The position numbers were made by a program, and so were the translations under genes. Positions 25,755 to 35,130 of a DNA stretch of 35,130 nt are shown here, piece by piece. Every line of letters starts with the position of its first letter. Within the stretch, counting starts at the first letter, position 1. The stretch is from an uncultured Bacilli bacterium (GTDB lineage: Bacteria; Bacillota_I; Bacilli_A; RF39; UBA660), in NCBI GenBank assembly GCA_947630195.1, contig CANRGQ010000003.1, forward strand, positions 1-35,130. Reading direction: 5' to 3'. A model generated the notes under the pieces. The model was not told the DNA's origin. It made no database searches and worked only from the letters and a program-made list of their open reading frames with translations.

Positions 25755-26473
25755 ACTTCCTCCTTAAATATATCTTGATAAGTAGTCCTTCCTTCAATAC
25801 TCACGGGATTACTTATTTTTATACCCATTTTACTATTTTTAATACATCTTACTAAAACCATACTAGGTTTATTTTTATCTTTAGTTTTAATAAGTTCAAT
25901 ATTTTTAACATTTAATTTATACTTATTACCTAAAATAATTATTTCATCTAATCTTTCAAGACGATGAATTAGATAAAACTCCCCCTTACTATTTAAGTGT
26001 TCACTTGCAATTCTAAAAATATCATCAAGAGTAACTAATATTTCATGGCGGGCTATAGCAAGAGGTTCAAAATCATTAGTATAACTTTTTTCATCCACCT
26101 TAAAATATGGGGGATTACAAGTAATTATATCATATTTTTTTAAACCTTTGATAGTTTTAATATCTAAAATATTACTATTATAGACAGTTATTTGATGGTC
26201 CAGTTTATTAAATGAAATGCTTTTAGCTGCTAAATCATAAATGTCTTTTTGAACTTCGATGGCCTCGATATTTGCTTTAGTTTTTGTTGATAATATTAGA
26301 GGTACTGAAGCATTACCAGTACACATATCTAATATTTCTTTAGTCCTATTGGTAATTTTTACATATTCCGCTAGTAAAATAGAATCTATTGAAAATTTAA
26401 AATGGGTATCATATTGATAAATTTTTAAATCATAATCATATAAATCATTCAATACTATCTTCGATGTTTTCAT
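25751..26473 (-). CDS. yabB: tRNA1(Val) adenine37-N6 methyltransferase (YabB/TrmN6 family)
   Basis: FSIDSILLA, LDMCTGNA, CNPPYF, IARHE. Confidence 0.9.
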   Translation of the reverse strand: MKTSKIVLNDLYDYDLKIYQYDTHFKFSIDSILLAEYVKITNRTKEILDMCTGNASVPLILSTKTKANIEAIEVQKDIYDLAAKSISFNKLDHQITVYNSNILDIKTIKGLKKYDIITCNPPYFKVDEKSYTNDFEPLAIARHEILVTLDDIFRIASEHLNSKGEFYLIHRLERLDEIIILGNKYKLNVKNIELIKTKDKNKPSMVLVRCIKNSKMGIKISNPVSIEGRTTYQDIFKEEV

Positions 26474-27233
26474 TAAAATCTACTTCTTCTTTATTACTAC
26501 CCACTAAAACTTTACATTTACGATTTAAAACGTCCACACTGACAACCGAACCTTCGCCACTCGGTGTATTAATAGTATCACCAACATTCGGAAGTCCCTT
26601 ACTACATTCTAAATAATTATCATCTTCATATTGTAAACAGCATAAAAGACGACCACATAAACCATTTATTTTAGATGGATTTAAAGCTAAATTTTGATTT
26701 TTAGCCATATTCATCGAAATAGCGTCAATATGATTTAAGAATCTAGAACAACATATTCTGCCGCCACAAATACCAATACCCCCAATTTCTTTAGCTTTAT
26801 CACGGGCCCCAATTTGGCGAAGTTCAATTCTTGTGTGATATATTCCTGCTAGTCTTTTGGCAAGTTCCCTAAAGTCTACTCTTTCATCAGAAGTAAAATT
26901 AAATAATAATTGGGTTCGATCAAAAGTAAACTCCGCACTTAAAACATGCATATTAAGCCCTAAAGTTGCCACTAAACTTTTACATTTTTCTAAAGCGCCA
27001 CTAGCTTCATTTAAAAGTTTTAAGTATTCTTCTTTATCTTCTTCTTGGGCATATCTAATAATATTTTTATAACTATTTTCTTCTTCATCAGTGGAGATAA
27101 TACCACTAATCTTGCCATATTGTAGACCCTTTTCTGTTTCAACAATTACATAATTCCCACTTTTATAATCATCATTACCATTAAAATAATAACTTTTACC
27201 TTGTTCTTTAAATTTAACACTATAAACTTTCAT
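26445..27233 (-). CDS. ricT: PSP1-domain protein RicT/YaaT
   Basis: RVDFRELAK, TRIELRQIGARD, GICGGRICC, GLCGRLLCCLQYE. Confidence 0.93.
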   Translation of the reverse strand: MKVYSVKFKEQGKSYYFNGNDDYKSGNYVIVETEKGLQYGKISGIISTDEEENSYKNIIRYAQEEDKEEYLKLLNEASGALEKCKSLVATLGLNMHVLSAEFTFDRTQLLFNFTSDERVDFRELAKRLAGIYHTRIELRQIGARDKAKEIGGIGICGGRICCSRFLNHIDAISMNMAKNQNLALNPSKINGLCGRLLCCLQYEDDNYLECSKGLPNVGDTINTPSGEGSVVSVDVLNRKCKVLVGSNKEEVDFNENIEDSIE

Positions 27234-28098
27234 TATTAATGGCCTCCATTTCTATTACAAACTTATCTAGTAACAAATCTAAATTAACATTATAAGTTAA
27301 CTCTTTCAAATAGTCTATTAATAAATTAACTTTCTTTTTTAGATTATTTATATTTAATTTATCTAAGAATAATAAATTATCCTTTATTTCTTTACCAAGT
27401 ATTTTATTATTCAAAGCTTCTTTATATTTTTTTAAAGCCATTTGCATTAAAATTTTAATGTCATCCTTGGTATATTCTCCTAGACACTCTTTATTATACA
27501 AGATTAATTTACTTTTTTCCATTTCTATTTTTGTTAAATAGTCATTTAAAGTATCTAAATAATTATTATATTCCTCTTCATTAAGTCCTAATTCTTCAAA
27601 ATCACTATTGGTAAAATTTACATCAATATTTTGACATCTACTTACAATAGTGGAAATAACATTATCTTTATTATTAGTGATAAAGAAACCTATAACATCT
27701 CCATCGGGTTCTTCTAAGAATTTTAACATTGTATTAGCGGATTCCTTATTCATCTTTTCGGCATTCTTGATTATATAAATATTTTCCTTAGTATATTGGG
27801 AATCTTTCGAAAATAAATATTTAAGTTCTAAAATTTGTTCTTTTTTAATAAAGGTTCCATCTGGCTCAATTACTTTTAAACTAGGAAGATTATGAACATC
27901 AATTAAATGACATAAAGAACACTTATTACAATTATCCACATATTCATTAACGCAAAAAATGTTCTTTATAACTTTTAAAAGAACTTCATAACATTTAGCA
28001 ATATTATTAGTTGATATCAAATATGCATGAGCTAATTTTTTATCGTGATAATATTGAATTAAATTTTCTAAAGCACTACTTTCTATACTTACCTCCAA
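27220..28098 (-). CDS. holB: DNA polymerase III delta' subunit
   Basis: HAYL, CNKCSLC, ANTMLKFLEEP, TIVSRCQ; precedes yaaT. Confidence 0.9.
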   Translation of the reverse strand: MEVSIESSALENLIQYYHDKKLAHAYLISTNNIAKCYEVLLKVIKNIFCVNEYVDNCNKCSLCHLIDVHNLPSLKVIEPDGTFIKKEQILELKYLFSKDSQYTKENIYIIKNAEKMNKESANTMLKFLEEPDGDVIGFFITNNKDNVISTIVSRCQNIDVNFTNSDFEELGLNEEEYNNYLDTLNDYLTKIEMEKSKLILYNKECLGEYTKDDIKILMQMALKKYKEALNNKILGKEIKDNLLFLDKLNINNLKKKVNLLIDYLKELTYNVNLDLLLDKFVIEMEAINNESL

Positions 28099-28284
28099 TT
28101 ACAAGATATAGAGAATAGCAAATAGTGATAATAAACCAGGTACTCCTAAAAAGGAAGTAACAGTTATAGTTGAAATATTTATTGGTAAATAAACCCCAAC
28201 ATTTTTAAGCATTATATTAATACCATAGATAATTCCAAATGCAAATACTACTCTTTTTAAGATTATACCTAGTTTATTCATCAT
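28099..28284 (-). CDS. bofA: Pro-sigmaK processing inhibitor BofA family
   Basis: PINISTITVTSFLGVPGL motif; small TM protein after recR; start 28284 or 28281. Confidence 0.8.
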   Translation of the reverse strand: MMNKLGIILKRVVFAFGIIYGINIMLKNVGVYLPINISTITVTSFLGVPGLLSLFAILYIL

Positions 28285-28303
28285 AATATCACCCACTAAA
28301 TTT

Positions 28304-28319
28304 TATTTCCCGGGAAATA
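28304..28319. promoter_or_regulatory. Noc-binding site (NBS)
   Basis: Perfect palindrome TATTTCCCGGGAAATA, matches Bacillus NBS consensus; intergenic. Confidence 0.85.
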
Positions 28320-28322
28320 TTT

Positions 28323-28925
28323 TTATTCCGAAATCTTTTTGCGATCCTCTAATGCCTTGTCTAAAGTTATAATATCTAAGTAATCAATTTCCGCTCCCAT
28401 TGGAATGCCATATGATAATCTAGATATTGTAACATTTTTCTTTTCAAATATTTTTTTTATATAAAGAGTTGTGGTTTCTCCTTCAATTGTAGATTTTAAT
28501 GCTAGAATTAATTCCGGATTTTCAGCTTCTTCAACTCTTTTTACTAATGATGATATATTAATATCTTCAGGTCCAATGTCATCCATTGGGGATATAAGTC
28601 CATTAAGAACATGATATACTCCTTTATAATTACCAACTTTTTCAAAAGAAAAGACACTTTTATAATCTTCAATAACACATATTAGATTTTTATCTCTTGT
28701 ACTATCACTACAAATATTACATATATCATTTTCGGTTAATTGTCCACATATTTGGCAATTTTTTAATTTAGACTTGGTATTTTCTAATACCTTAGCCATA
28801 TCTTTTAAATCATCATCTTTTAAATCGATGGTTGCAAGAGCCATTCTTTCGGCAGATTTATCGCCAACGCCAGGCATCTTTTTATAAAAATTAATTATTT
28901 TTTCTAATGTTTCTGGATATATCAT
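28323..28925 (-). CDS. recR: Recombination mediator RecR
   Basis: MPGVGDKSAERMA, CQICG..CNIC, YHVLNGLISP, EGETT, GIPMG. Confidence 0.97.
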   Translation of the reverse strand: MIYPETLEKIINFYKKMPGVGDKSAERMALATIDLKDDDLKDMAKVLENTKSKLKNCQICGQLTENDICNICSDSTRDKNLICVIEDYKSVFSFEKVGNYKGVYHVLNGLISPMDDIGPEDINISSLVKRVEEAENPELILALKSTIEGETTTLYIKKIFEKKNVTISRLSYGIPMGAEIDYLDIITLDKALEDRKKISE

Positions 28926-28927
28926 AA

Positions 28928-29227
28928 TTACATTAACCCATCTAAGGCCCCAGCATATTGACCTAATTTTTCATTCATGGCTTTACTTATTTTAAGTAAG
29001 GCATCTTTACTGGCAATTAAATACATATCTTCTAATATTTCTTTATCTTCCTCAGATATTGGTCCTTCCTTGGTTATCTTAACACTCTTTACTTCTTTTG
29101 AACCAGTATAAGTTATTTCTACCCATTCACTTTTACCCACAAATTCTGTTTTTTCTAACTCCTCTTTTTTAGCTGTTATTTCTCTTTGAATTTTTTGGGC
29201 TTGAGCCATTAAATTTTGCATATTCAT
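28928..29227 (-). CDS. ybaB: YbaB/EbfC nucleoid-associated protein
   Basis: NMQNLMAQAQKIQ, EDKEILEDM; between dnaX and recR; ATG 29227 after GGAGGTG. Confidence 0.9.
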   Translation of the reverse strand: MNMQNLMAQAQKIQREITAKKEELEKTEFVGKSEWVEITYTGSKEVKSVKITKEGPISEEDKEILEDMYLIASKDALLKISKAMNEKLGQYAGALDGLM

Positions 29228-29240
29228 ATAATTCACCTCC

Positions 29241-30806
29241 TTAAATTATTTCTACTTTATCTTTATCAAAAACATCATTTATTTCGGTTTTTGATTCCAA
29301 TACTTTTTCTTCAATGTATTTATACTCTTTTTTATTTTTTAAATTAGTAATGTATTTTTCTTTTTCTTGATTCCAACGGTCTTCGCCAATAAACACTAAT
29401 TTATATTTTCCAATATTTTCTTTTTCGATATCATTTTCTATTTCTAAAGACATTTTATTAGCCATATCAACATTATGTTTATTATTAGTAGTTAAAATTA
29501 GATAGGAAGTTGAAGCCGCTACTACATTACTATCTTCTAATACGGCTTTTGTTTTACCATTATTAGAAATAGTTAAATAATTCTTTAAATCTTTTTTAGC
29601 TTGTTCCAAAGCTGTTTTTTTGGCTTCAACAAAACAATTATTAATTCTAATATTTATAAATTCTTCTAAATTATCATTTATACTACTTTCTATCTTATTT
29701 TCATCAGTATCGGTTTGATTATTTTCAATATATTCTTCTTTTTTTACTTCTTTTTCAACACTAGATTTTTTTATTTCTTTATCAGTATTAAAATATTCTA
29801 ATAAAATCATTTCTAATATGGTATAAGAATCAACATTAATATTTATTTTAGATAAACTATCAGCAAGACTTAATATCATATTTTTATAATCAGTAAATTG
29901 AAGTCTGTTATATTGACCATTTATTTTATAATTTTTAGCTTTATTACTTACGACATCGATTATTTTCTTGATTAAACTTTTATAATCAACCGCTCTATTA
30001 CGATATTCATTTACCAGATTTAAAAATTTATCAACATCATTATCCTCAATAGTTTGAATTAAATCGTTAATACCTTTTTGCGAAATAGTTTTAATTTGTT
30101 TTTCAATTAAATCTAAAGTTATTTTATCAGCATTTTTAGATAATTGATCTAAAAGACTTAAAGCATCCCGCATGCCACCTTCCGAAAGATAAGCAATTTC
30201 CTCTAAGGCATCATCATCAATATTTATATTTTCCAACTTACAAATTTCTTTTAATCTTTTAACAATATCGCTAACTTTTATCTTTTGAAAATCAAATCTT
30301 TGACATCTTGATAAAATAGTAATTGGAACATTTTCAATATTAGTAGTAGCTAATATAAATATTGAATGTGCTGGTGGTTCCTCTAATGTTAATAACAAGG
30401 CGTTAAAAGCACTTGTTGATAACATATGAACTTCATCGATAATATATACTTTATATTTACCATTTGTCGGAGTTAATTTAACATTTTCAATTAATCCTCT
30501 TATTTCATCAACACCATTATTTGAGGCCGCATCAATTTCTATAATATCGGGATTATCGTGAAAATTTGTACAAAAATCACATTTTCCACATGGCGAACCA
30601 TCAACAGGCTCTAAACAATTTATGGCTTTCGAAAACACCTTTGCTGTTGTTGTTTTTCCAGTCCCTCTAGGTCCAGAAAAAATATAAGCATGGGATATAT
30701 TGTTATGAATAATTGAATTTTTTAATGTTTTAATTATATAATCTTGACCAATAATATTTTCAAAATCATCAGGTCTATATTTTCGATATAGTACTTTGTA
30801 TTTCAT
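29241..30806 (-). CDS. dnaX: DNA polymerase III gamma/tau subunit
   Basis: LYRKYRP, GPRGTGKTT, EIDAASNNGVD, IIDEVHML, SRCQRFDF. Confidence 0.97.
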   Translation of the reverse strand: MKYKVLYRKYRPDDFENIIGQDYIIKTLKNSIIHNNISHAYIFSGPRGTGKTTTAKVFSKAINCLEPVDGSPCGKCDFCTNFHDNPDIIEIDAASNNGVDEIRGLIENVKLTPTNGKYKVYIIDEVHMLSTSAFNALLLTLEEPPAHSIFILATTNIENVPITILSRCQRFDFQKIKVSDIVKRLKEICKLENINIDDDALEEIAYLSEGGMRDALSLLDQLSKNADKITLDLIEKQIKTISQKGINDLIQTIEDNDVDKFLNLVNEYRNRAVDYKSLIKKIIDVVSNKAKNYKINGQYNRLQFTDYKNMILSLADSLSKININVDSYTILEMILLEYFNTDKEIKKSSVEKEVKKEEYIENNQTDTDENKIESSINDNLEEFINIRINNCFVEAKKTALEQAKKDLKNYLTISNNGKTKAVLEDSNVVAASTSYLILTTNNKHNVDMANKMSLEIENDIEKENIGKYKLVFIGEDRWNQEKEKYITNLKNKKEYKYIEEKVLESKTEINDVFDKDKVEII

Positions 30807-30859
30807 GATGCAATTCCTTTCACCTTTAATTATACCATATTAAAGATGATTTTTTACCA

Positions 30860-31264
30860 TTAATCACGCAAATTTTTAAAAAAGTTATCAATTAATTTTT
30901 GATATTTTAATTTTAATTCATTACAAATGTTTGTTTGTATAAATATATGATTATCTTTACTTTGACTTAATAGATAATAAACATTATTTATTCGACATTC
31001 TTTAATTATCATTTCACACATTTTGCAAGGTTCTAAAGTAACGTACATATCACAATCATTAAGACGCCAATCTTTTAATTTTTTTTCCGCCTTTTGAATT
31101 GCTTTTATTTCGGCATGACCAAGCACATTACATTTTTTTTGACGATTATTATACGCCTTACTAATTATTTTATTATCTTTAACTATAACAACTCCTACTG
31201 GTATTTCTTTTTTCTTGTATGCTTTTAGTGCTTCTTTATAAGCTTGCTCCATATATTCTATCAC
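30860..31264 (-). CDS. tadA: tRNA adenosine(34) deaminase
   Basis: EIPVG, HAE, WRL, YVTLEPCKMC; upstream of dnaX; start uncertain (31273/31264/31252). Confidence 0.85.
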   Translation of the reverse strand: MIEYMEQAYKEALKAYKKKEIPVGVVIVKDNKIISKAYNNRQKKCNVLGHAEIKAIQKAEKKLKDWRLNDCDMYVTLEPCKMCEMIIKECRINNVYYLLSQSKDNHIFIQTNICNELKLKYQKLIDNFFKNLRD

Positions 31265-31280
31265 TATTATCATCTCCACT

Positions 31281-31358
31281 AAAAAAGCACACACAAATAG
31301 GGACTGATGTGGCTGCTGTCTTCCAACTCTGACCAGGTTACAGTATATTTGTTGTGCA
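31281..31358 (-). ncRNA. ffs: Signal recognition particle RNA, small (4.5S-like) form
   Basis: GGUCAG-AGUU-GGAA-GAC-AGCAGCC helix-8 motif; termini GCACAACAAAUA / UAUUUGUGUGUGC pair; U-tail; TTGCAT-17-TATTAT promoter upstream. Confidence 0.85.
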
Positions 31359-31402
31359 TTATGATAATAACATATTTATTTGTATTATGCAAATTATCAC
31401 AA

Positions 31403-31418
31403 TGTTTCACGTGAAACA
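31403..31418. promoter_or_regulatory. parS site
   Basis: Perfect TGTTTCACGTGAAACA. Confidence 0.93.
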
Positions 31419-31600
31419 TTAAACAATTAGTTATAATTTTTATTTTAATATACAATATTGTATATATTATTAAATTTAAAACATTGTAAACATTATACAT
31501 TCTCAATATATTTAAATTTTTTGTGTTATTCAAATTATAAAATTAAAATATTTTTTAAAATAATATTTATAATAATATTTTTATTAAAAAGAAAAATCAA

Positions 31601-31616
31601 TGTTTCACGTGAAACA
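31601..31616. promoter_or_regulatory. parS site within a 30-bp palindrome (31594-31623)
   Basis: Perfect TGTTTCACGTGAAACA flanked by AAATCAA/TTGATTT. Confidence 0.93.
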
Positions 31617-31630
31617 TTGATTTAAAAGCT

Positions 31631-31646
31631 TATTTCCCGGGAAATA
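31631..31646. promoter_or_regulatory. Noc-binding site (NBS) abutting gyrA stop
   Basis: Perfect TATTTCCCGGGAAATA. Confidence 0.85.
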
Positions 31647-34160
31647 TTATTCTTGAGTTTCATTAGTTGAAGATTCTTGTTCAATCTCTTTGTCATTTGA
31701 TTGTTCAATGGATTGTTCTTCAGCATTATTTTCTTCTTCATTATTAATATGATCAACAACACTAACTGTAGCAACTAATTGATTATCTCTTAATGATATT
31801 AGTCTTAAACCTTGAGTGACTCTACCAAGCGTTGAAATTTGGTTAATTGGTAATTTAATTGTGATACCAGCATTTGTCATAATAACAACATCCTTATCAT
31901 CTTCAGCCACTTTAGCAGCTACTAAATTTCCATTCTTTTCAGTAACGTTAAGAGCAAGTACTCCTTTGCTTCCCCGTTTTGTTTGTCTAAACCCACAAAC
32001 TTTTGTACGTTTACCGTAACCCTTCTCTGTTACTAGTAAAATGACAGAATCTTCTGAAACGACTTCAGAACAAATACATTCGCCACCACTTAAATTAATA
32101 CCTTTAACACCAGCGGCTGTTCTACCCATGGCTCTAATTTCAGCTTCAGAGAATTTAACCATTCGACCTTTATCGCTACCTAAAAGGACTATATCATTAC
32201 CAGTCGTCTTTTTAACATCTAAAAGTTCATCATTATCTTTTAAACTAATACATAATTTACCCGTAGTTCTAATGCTATCAAATTCACTGATAATCGTTTT
32301 CTTAACAATACCTTTTTTAGTGGCAAATAATAAGTATTTATATTCTTCATCTTTATTTATTTTTAATACTGAGTTTATCTTTTCATCTTTTTCAATTTGT
32401 AATAGGTTAATTACTGGTATACCTTTAGATTGACGACTAAATTCTGGTATTTCATAACCCTTAATCCGATACACTTTACCTTTATTAGTAAAGAACATAA
32501 TATAATCATGGGTTGATAAATTAATTAGATGTTCAACATAATCTTCATCATTAGTCGTAAGCCCTTTAACACCCATTCCCCCACGGTTTTGGGTTCTAAA
32601 GGTATCATTAGCAGTTCTCTTAATATAACCTTTATTAGTTAAAACTACCATAATATCTTCTTCAGGTATTAAAGATTCATCTTCAATATACTCAATTGCT
32701 GTCATATCAATTTTTGTTCTTCGTTCATCAGCATATTTTTCTTTTATTTCTAATAATTCATTCTTAATTATTTCTAGAACTTTATCACGAGATGCTAAAA
32801 TGCCTTTTAATTCTTCAATCTTTAGGAGTAATTCTTTTAATTCTTCTTCAATCTTGGCTCTCTCTAAGCCCGTTAAACGACGAAGTTTTAATTCTAAAAT
32901 GGCATCAGCTTGTACTTCTGTTAATGAATACTTATTCATTAAAGTTTCTTTAGCTATAACATCTGTTTCAGACTCCCTTATAATCTTAATAAAATCGTCT
33001 AAATTATCAAGAGCAATCTTATAACCCTCTAAAATATGTACTCTCTTCTCAGCTTTATCAAGTTCAAAACGCGTTCTTCTAATAATAACTTCTTCTTGAT
33101 AATTAATATATTTGGAAATTATATCTTTTAAACCAAGCGTTCTAGGAACTTTATTATCAATCATTAAGAAAATAATACCGTAATTTACTTGGAATTGCGT
33201 ATGTTTATATAAATTATTTAAAACAACTTGCGGATTAGCATCTTTCTTTAAAGTAATCGTAATTTTAATACCATCTTTTAAATCCGTATGATAATCAGCA
33301 ATACCATCGATTACTTTGTTATGAACTAATTCGGCAACTTTAGTTTTAAGTTCTGATACATTAACACCATAAGGAACTTCATCAACCACAATATAGTGTT
33401 TACCATCTTTTTCTTCAATATTAGCTTTACTTCTTATAGTAATGCTACCTCTTCCAGTTTCATAGGCTTTTTTAATACCACTGTTACCAAGAATTATACC
33501 ACCAGTTGGAAAATCTGGTCCTTTAATATATTGCATTAAACCATCAGTATCAATATCAGGATTATCAATATAAGCGACACATCCATCAACAACTTCGCCT
33601 AAATTATGCGGAGGAATATTCGTAGCCATACCAACGGCAATACCCATTGTACCATTAACTAAAATGTTAGGAAATCTTGATGGTAATATTTCTGGTTCTT
33701 TCTCTGATTCATCGAAGTTTGGTATGAAATTAACCGTATCTTTGTTAATATCTCGAAGTAACTCCAAAGAAATTTTAGAAAGTCTTGATTCGGTATAACG
33801 CATCGCTGCAGCACCATGACCAGCAATATTACCAAAGTTACCATGGCCATCTACTAAAGTATTTCGATAGTTGAAATCTTGGGCCATTCTAACCATAGCT
33901 TCATAAATACTTGAGTCTCCATGAGGGTGATATTTACCCATTACATCTCCCACAATACGGGCTGATTTTTTATGAGGTTTATCAGGAGTATATCCAGATT
34001 CATACATTGACCATAAAATCCGACGATGAACAGGTTTTAAACCATCTCTTAAATCTGGTAAAGCCCGAGAAATTATAACACTCATAGAATATTCAATAAA
34101 TGATGATTTAATTTCATTAACAATATTATTTTCTTCTAATCTATCTCTACTATGATCCAT
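31647..34160 (-). CDS. gyrA: DNA gyrase subunit A
   Basis: [29 protein letters not shown], GyrA-box QNRGGMG. Confidence 0.98.
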   Translation of the reverse strand: MDHSRDRLEENNIVNEIKSSFIEYSMSVIISRALPDLRDGLKPVHRRILWSMYESGYTPDKPHKKSARIVGDVMGKYHPHGDSSIYEAMVRMAQDFNYRNTLVDGHGNFGNIAGHGAAAMRYTESRLSKISLELLRDINKDTVNFIPNFDESEKEPEILPSRFPNILVNGTMGIAVGMATNIPPHNLGEVVDGCVAYIDNPDIDTDGLMQYIKGPDFPTGGIILGNSGIKKAYETGRGSITIRSKANIEEKDGKHYIVVDEVPYGVNVSELKTKVAELVHNKVIDGIADYHTDLKDGIKITITLKKDANPQVVLNNLYKHTQFQVNYGIIFLMIDNKVPRTLGLKDIISKYINYQEEVIIRRTRFELDKAEKRVHILEGYKIALDNLDDFIKIIRESETDVIAKETLMNKYSLTEVQADAILELKLRRLTGLERAKIEEELKELLLKIEELKGILASRDKVLEIIKNELLEIKEKYADERRTKIDMTAIEYIEDESLIPEEDIMVVLTNKGYIKRTANDTFRTQNRGGMGVKGLTTNDEDYVEHLINLSTHDYIMFFTNKGKVYRIKGYEIPEFSRQSKGIPVINLLQIEKDEKINSVLKINKDEEYKYLLFATKKGIVKKTIISEFDSIRTTGKLCISLKDNDELLDVKKTTGNDIVLLGSDKGRMVKFSEAEIRAMGRTAAGVKGINLSGGECICSEVVSEDSVILLVTEKGYGKRTKVCGFRQTKRGSKGVLALNVTEKNGNLVAAKVAEDDKDVVIMTNAGITIKLPINQISTLGRVTQGLRLISLRDNQLVATVSVVDHINNEEENNAEEQSIEQSNDKEIEQESSTNETQE

Positions 34161-34169
34161 AAAAACCTC

Positions 34170-35130
<961 letters not shown>

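Noticed and set aside
27932-27940. DnaA box TTATCCACA
   Set aside because: Isolated and inside holB; no cluster, so not oriC.
31279-31533. 84-aa minus-strand ORF
   Set aside because: Overlaps the SRP RNA, its promoter and a parS; low-complexity AT-rich translation.
31420-31595. rRNA/tRNA genes after gyrA as in Bacillus
   Set aside because: Region is almost pure AT, with no tRNA cloverleaf or rRNA sequence.
33880-33935. Quinolone-resistance substitution in GyrA
   Set aside because: QRDR reads HGDSSIYE with the usual Ser and Glu.

Overview
Very AT-rich, origin-proximal chromosome segment from a genome-reduced but sporulation-gene-bearing Firmicute (Bacilli). An RF39/UBA660-like lineage is my inference, not something the sequence shows. 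Core genes lie almost all on the minus strand, in a compressed version of the Bacillus order: gyrB, gyrA, [NBS + 2 parS], SRP RNA, tadA, dnaX, ybaB, recR, bofA, holB, ricT/PSP1, tRNA m6A37 methylase, pth, mfd, spoVT, spoIIR, mntP-like, murAB, rpmE, rpiB, ywzB, spoIID, spoIIQ, csp, hpf, secA. Three accessory systems stand out. (1) The 3' end of secA (SEC-C motif) is duplicated 2356 bp downstream as a synonymously recoded copy. The copies flank an integrase-less two-gene cassette (HEPN-motif protein + zinc-ribbon protein) with matched 11-bp tandem repeats at both ends. A second cassette with the same layout but a different 11-bp repeat starts after it, which suggests a tandem cassette array at secA. 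(2) A two-gene surface-protein operon: the first gene is frameshifted at a G9 tract (candidate phase variation). The second ends in a GC-rich, lectin-like segment followed by GC hairpins, the signature of a diversity-generating-retroelement target, but no RT or template repeat is in the window. (3) An unannotated type I toxin-antitoxin-like locus (29-aa hydrophobic peptide, 5'-3' long-range mRNA helix, convergent antisense RNA) next to an orphan PemK/MazF-like protein that may have a duplicated domain. Smaller points: a degenerate MreB/Mbl-like protein, an apparently dead SGNH hydrolase, sigmaF-type promoters, tandem Spo0A boxes and a dipeptide uORF before csp, and a hidden 55-aa ORF. All calls come from reading the sequence by eye; no database searches were run.
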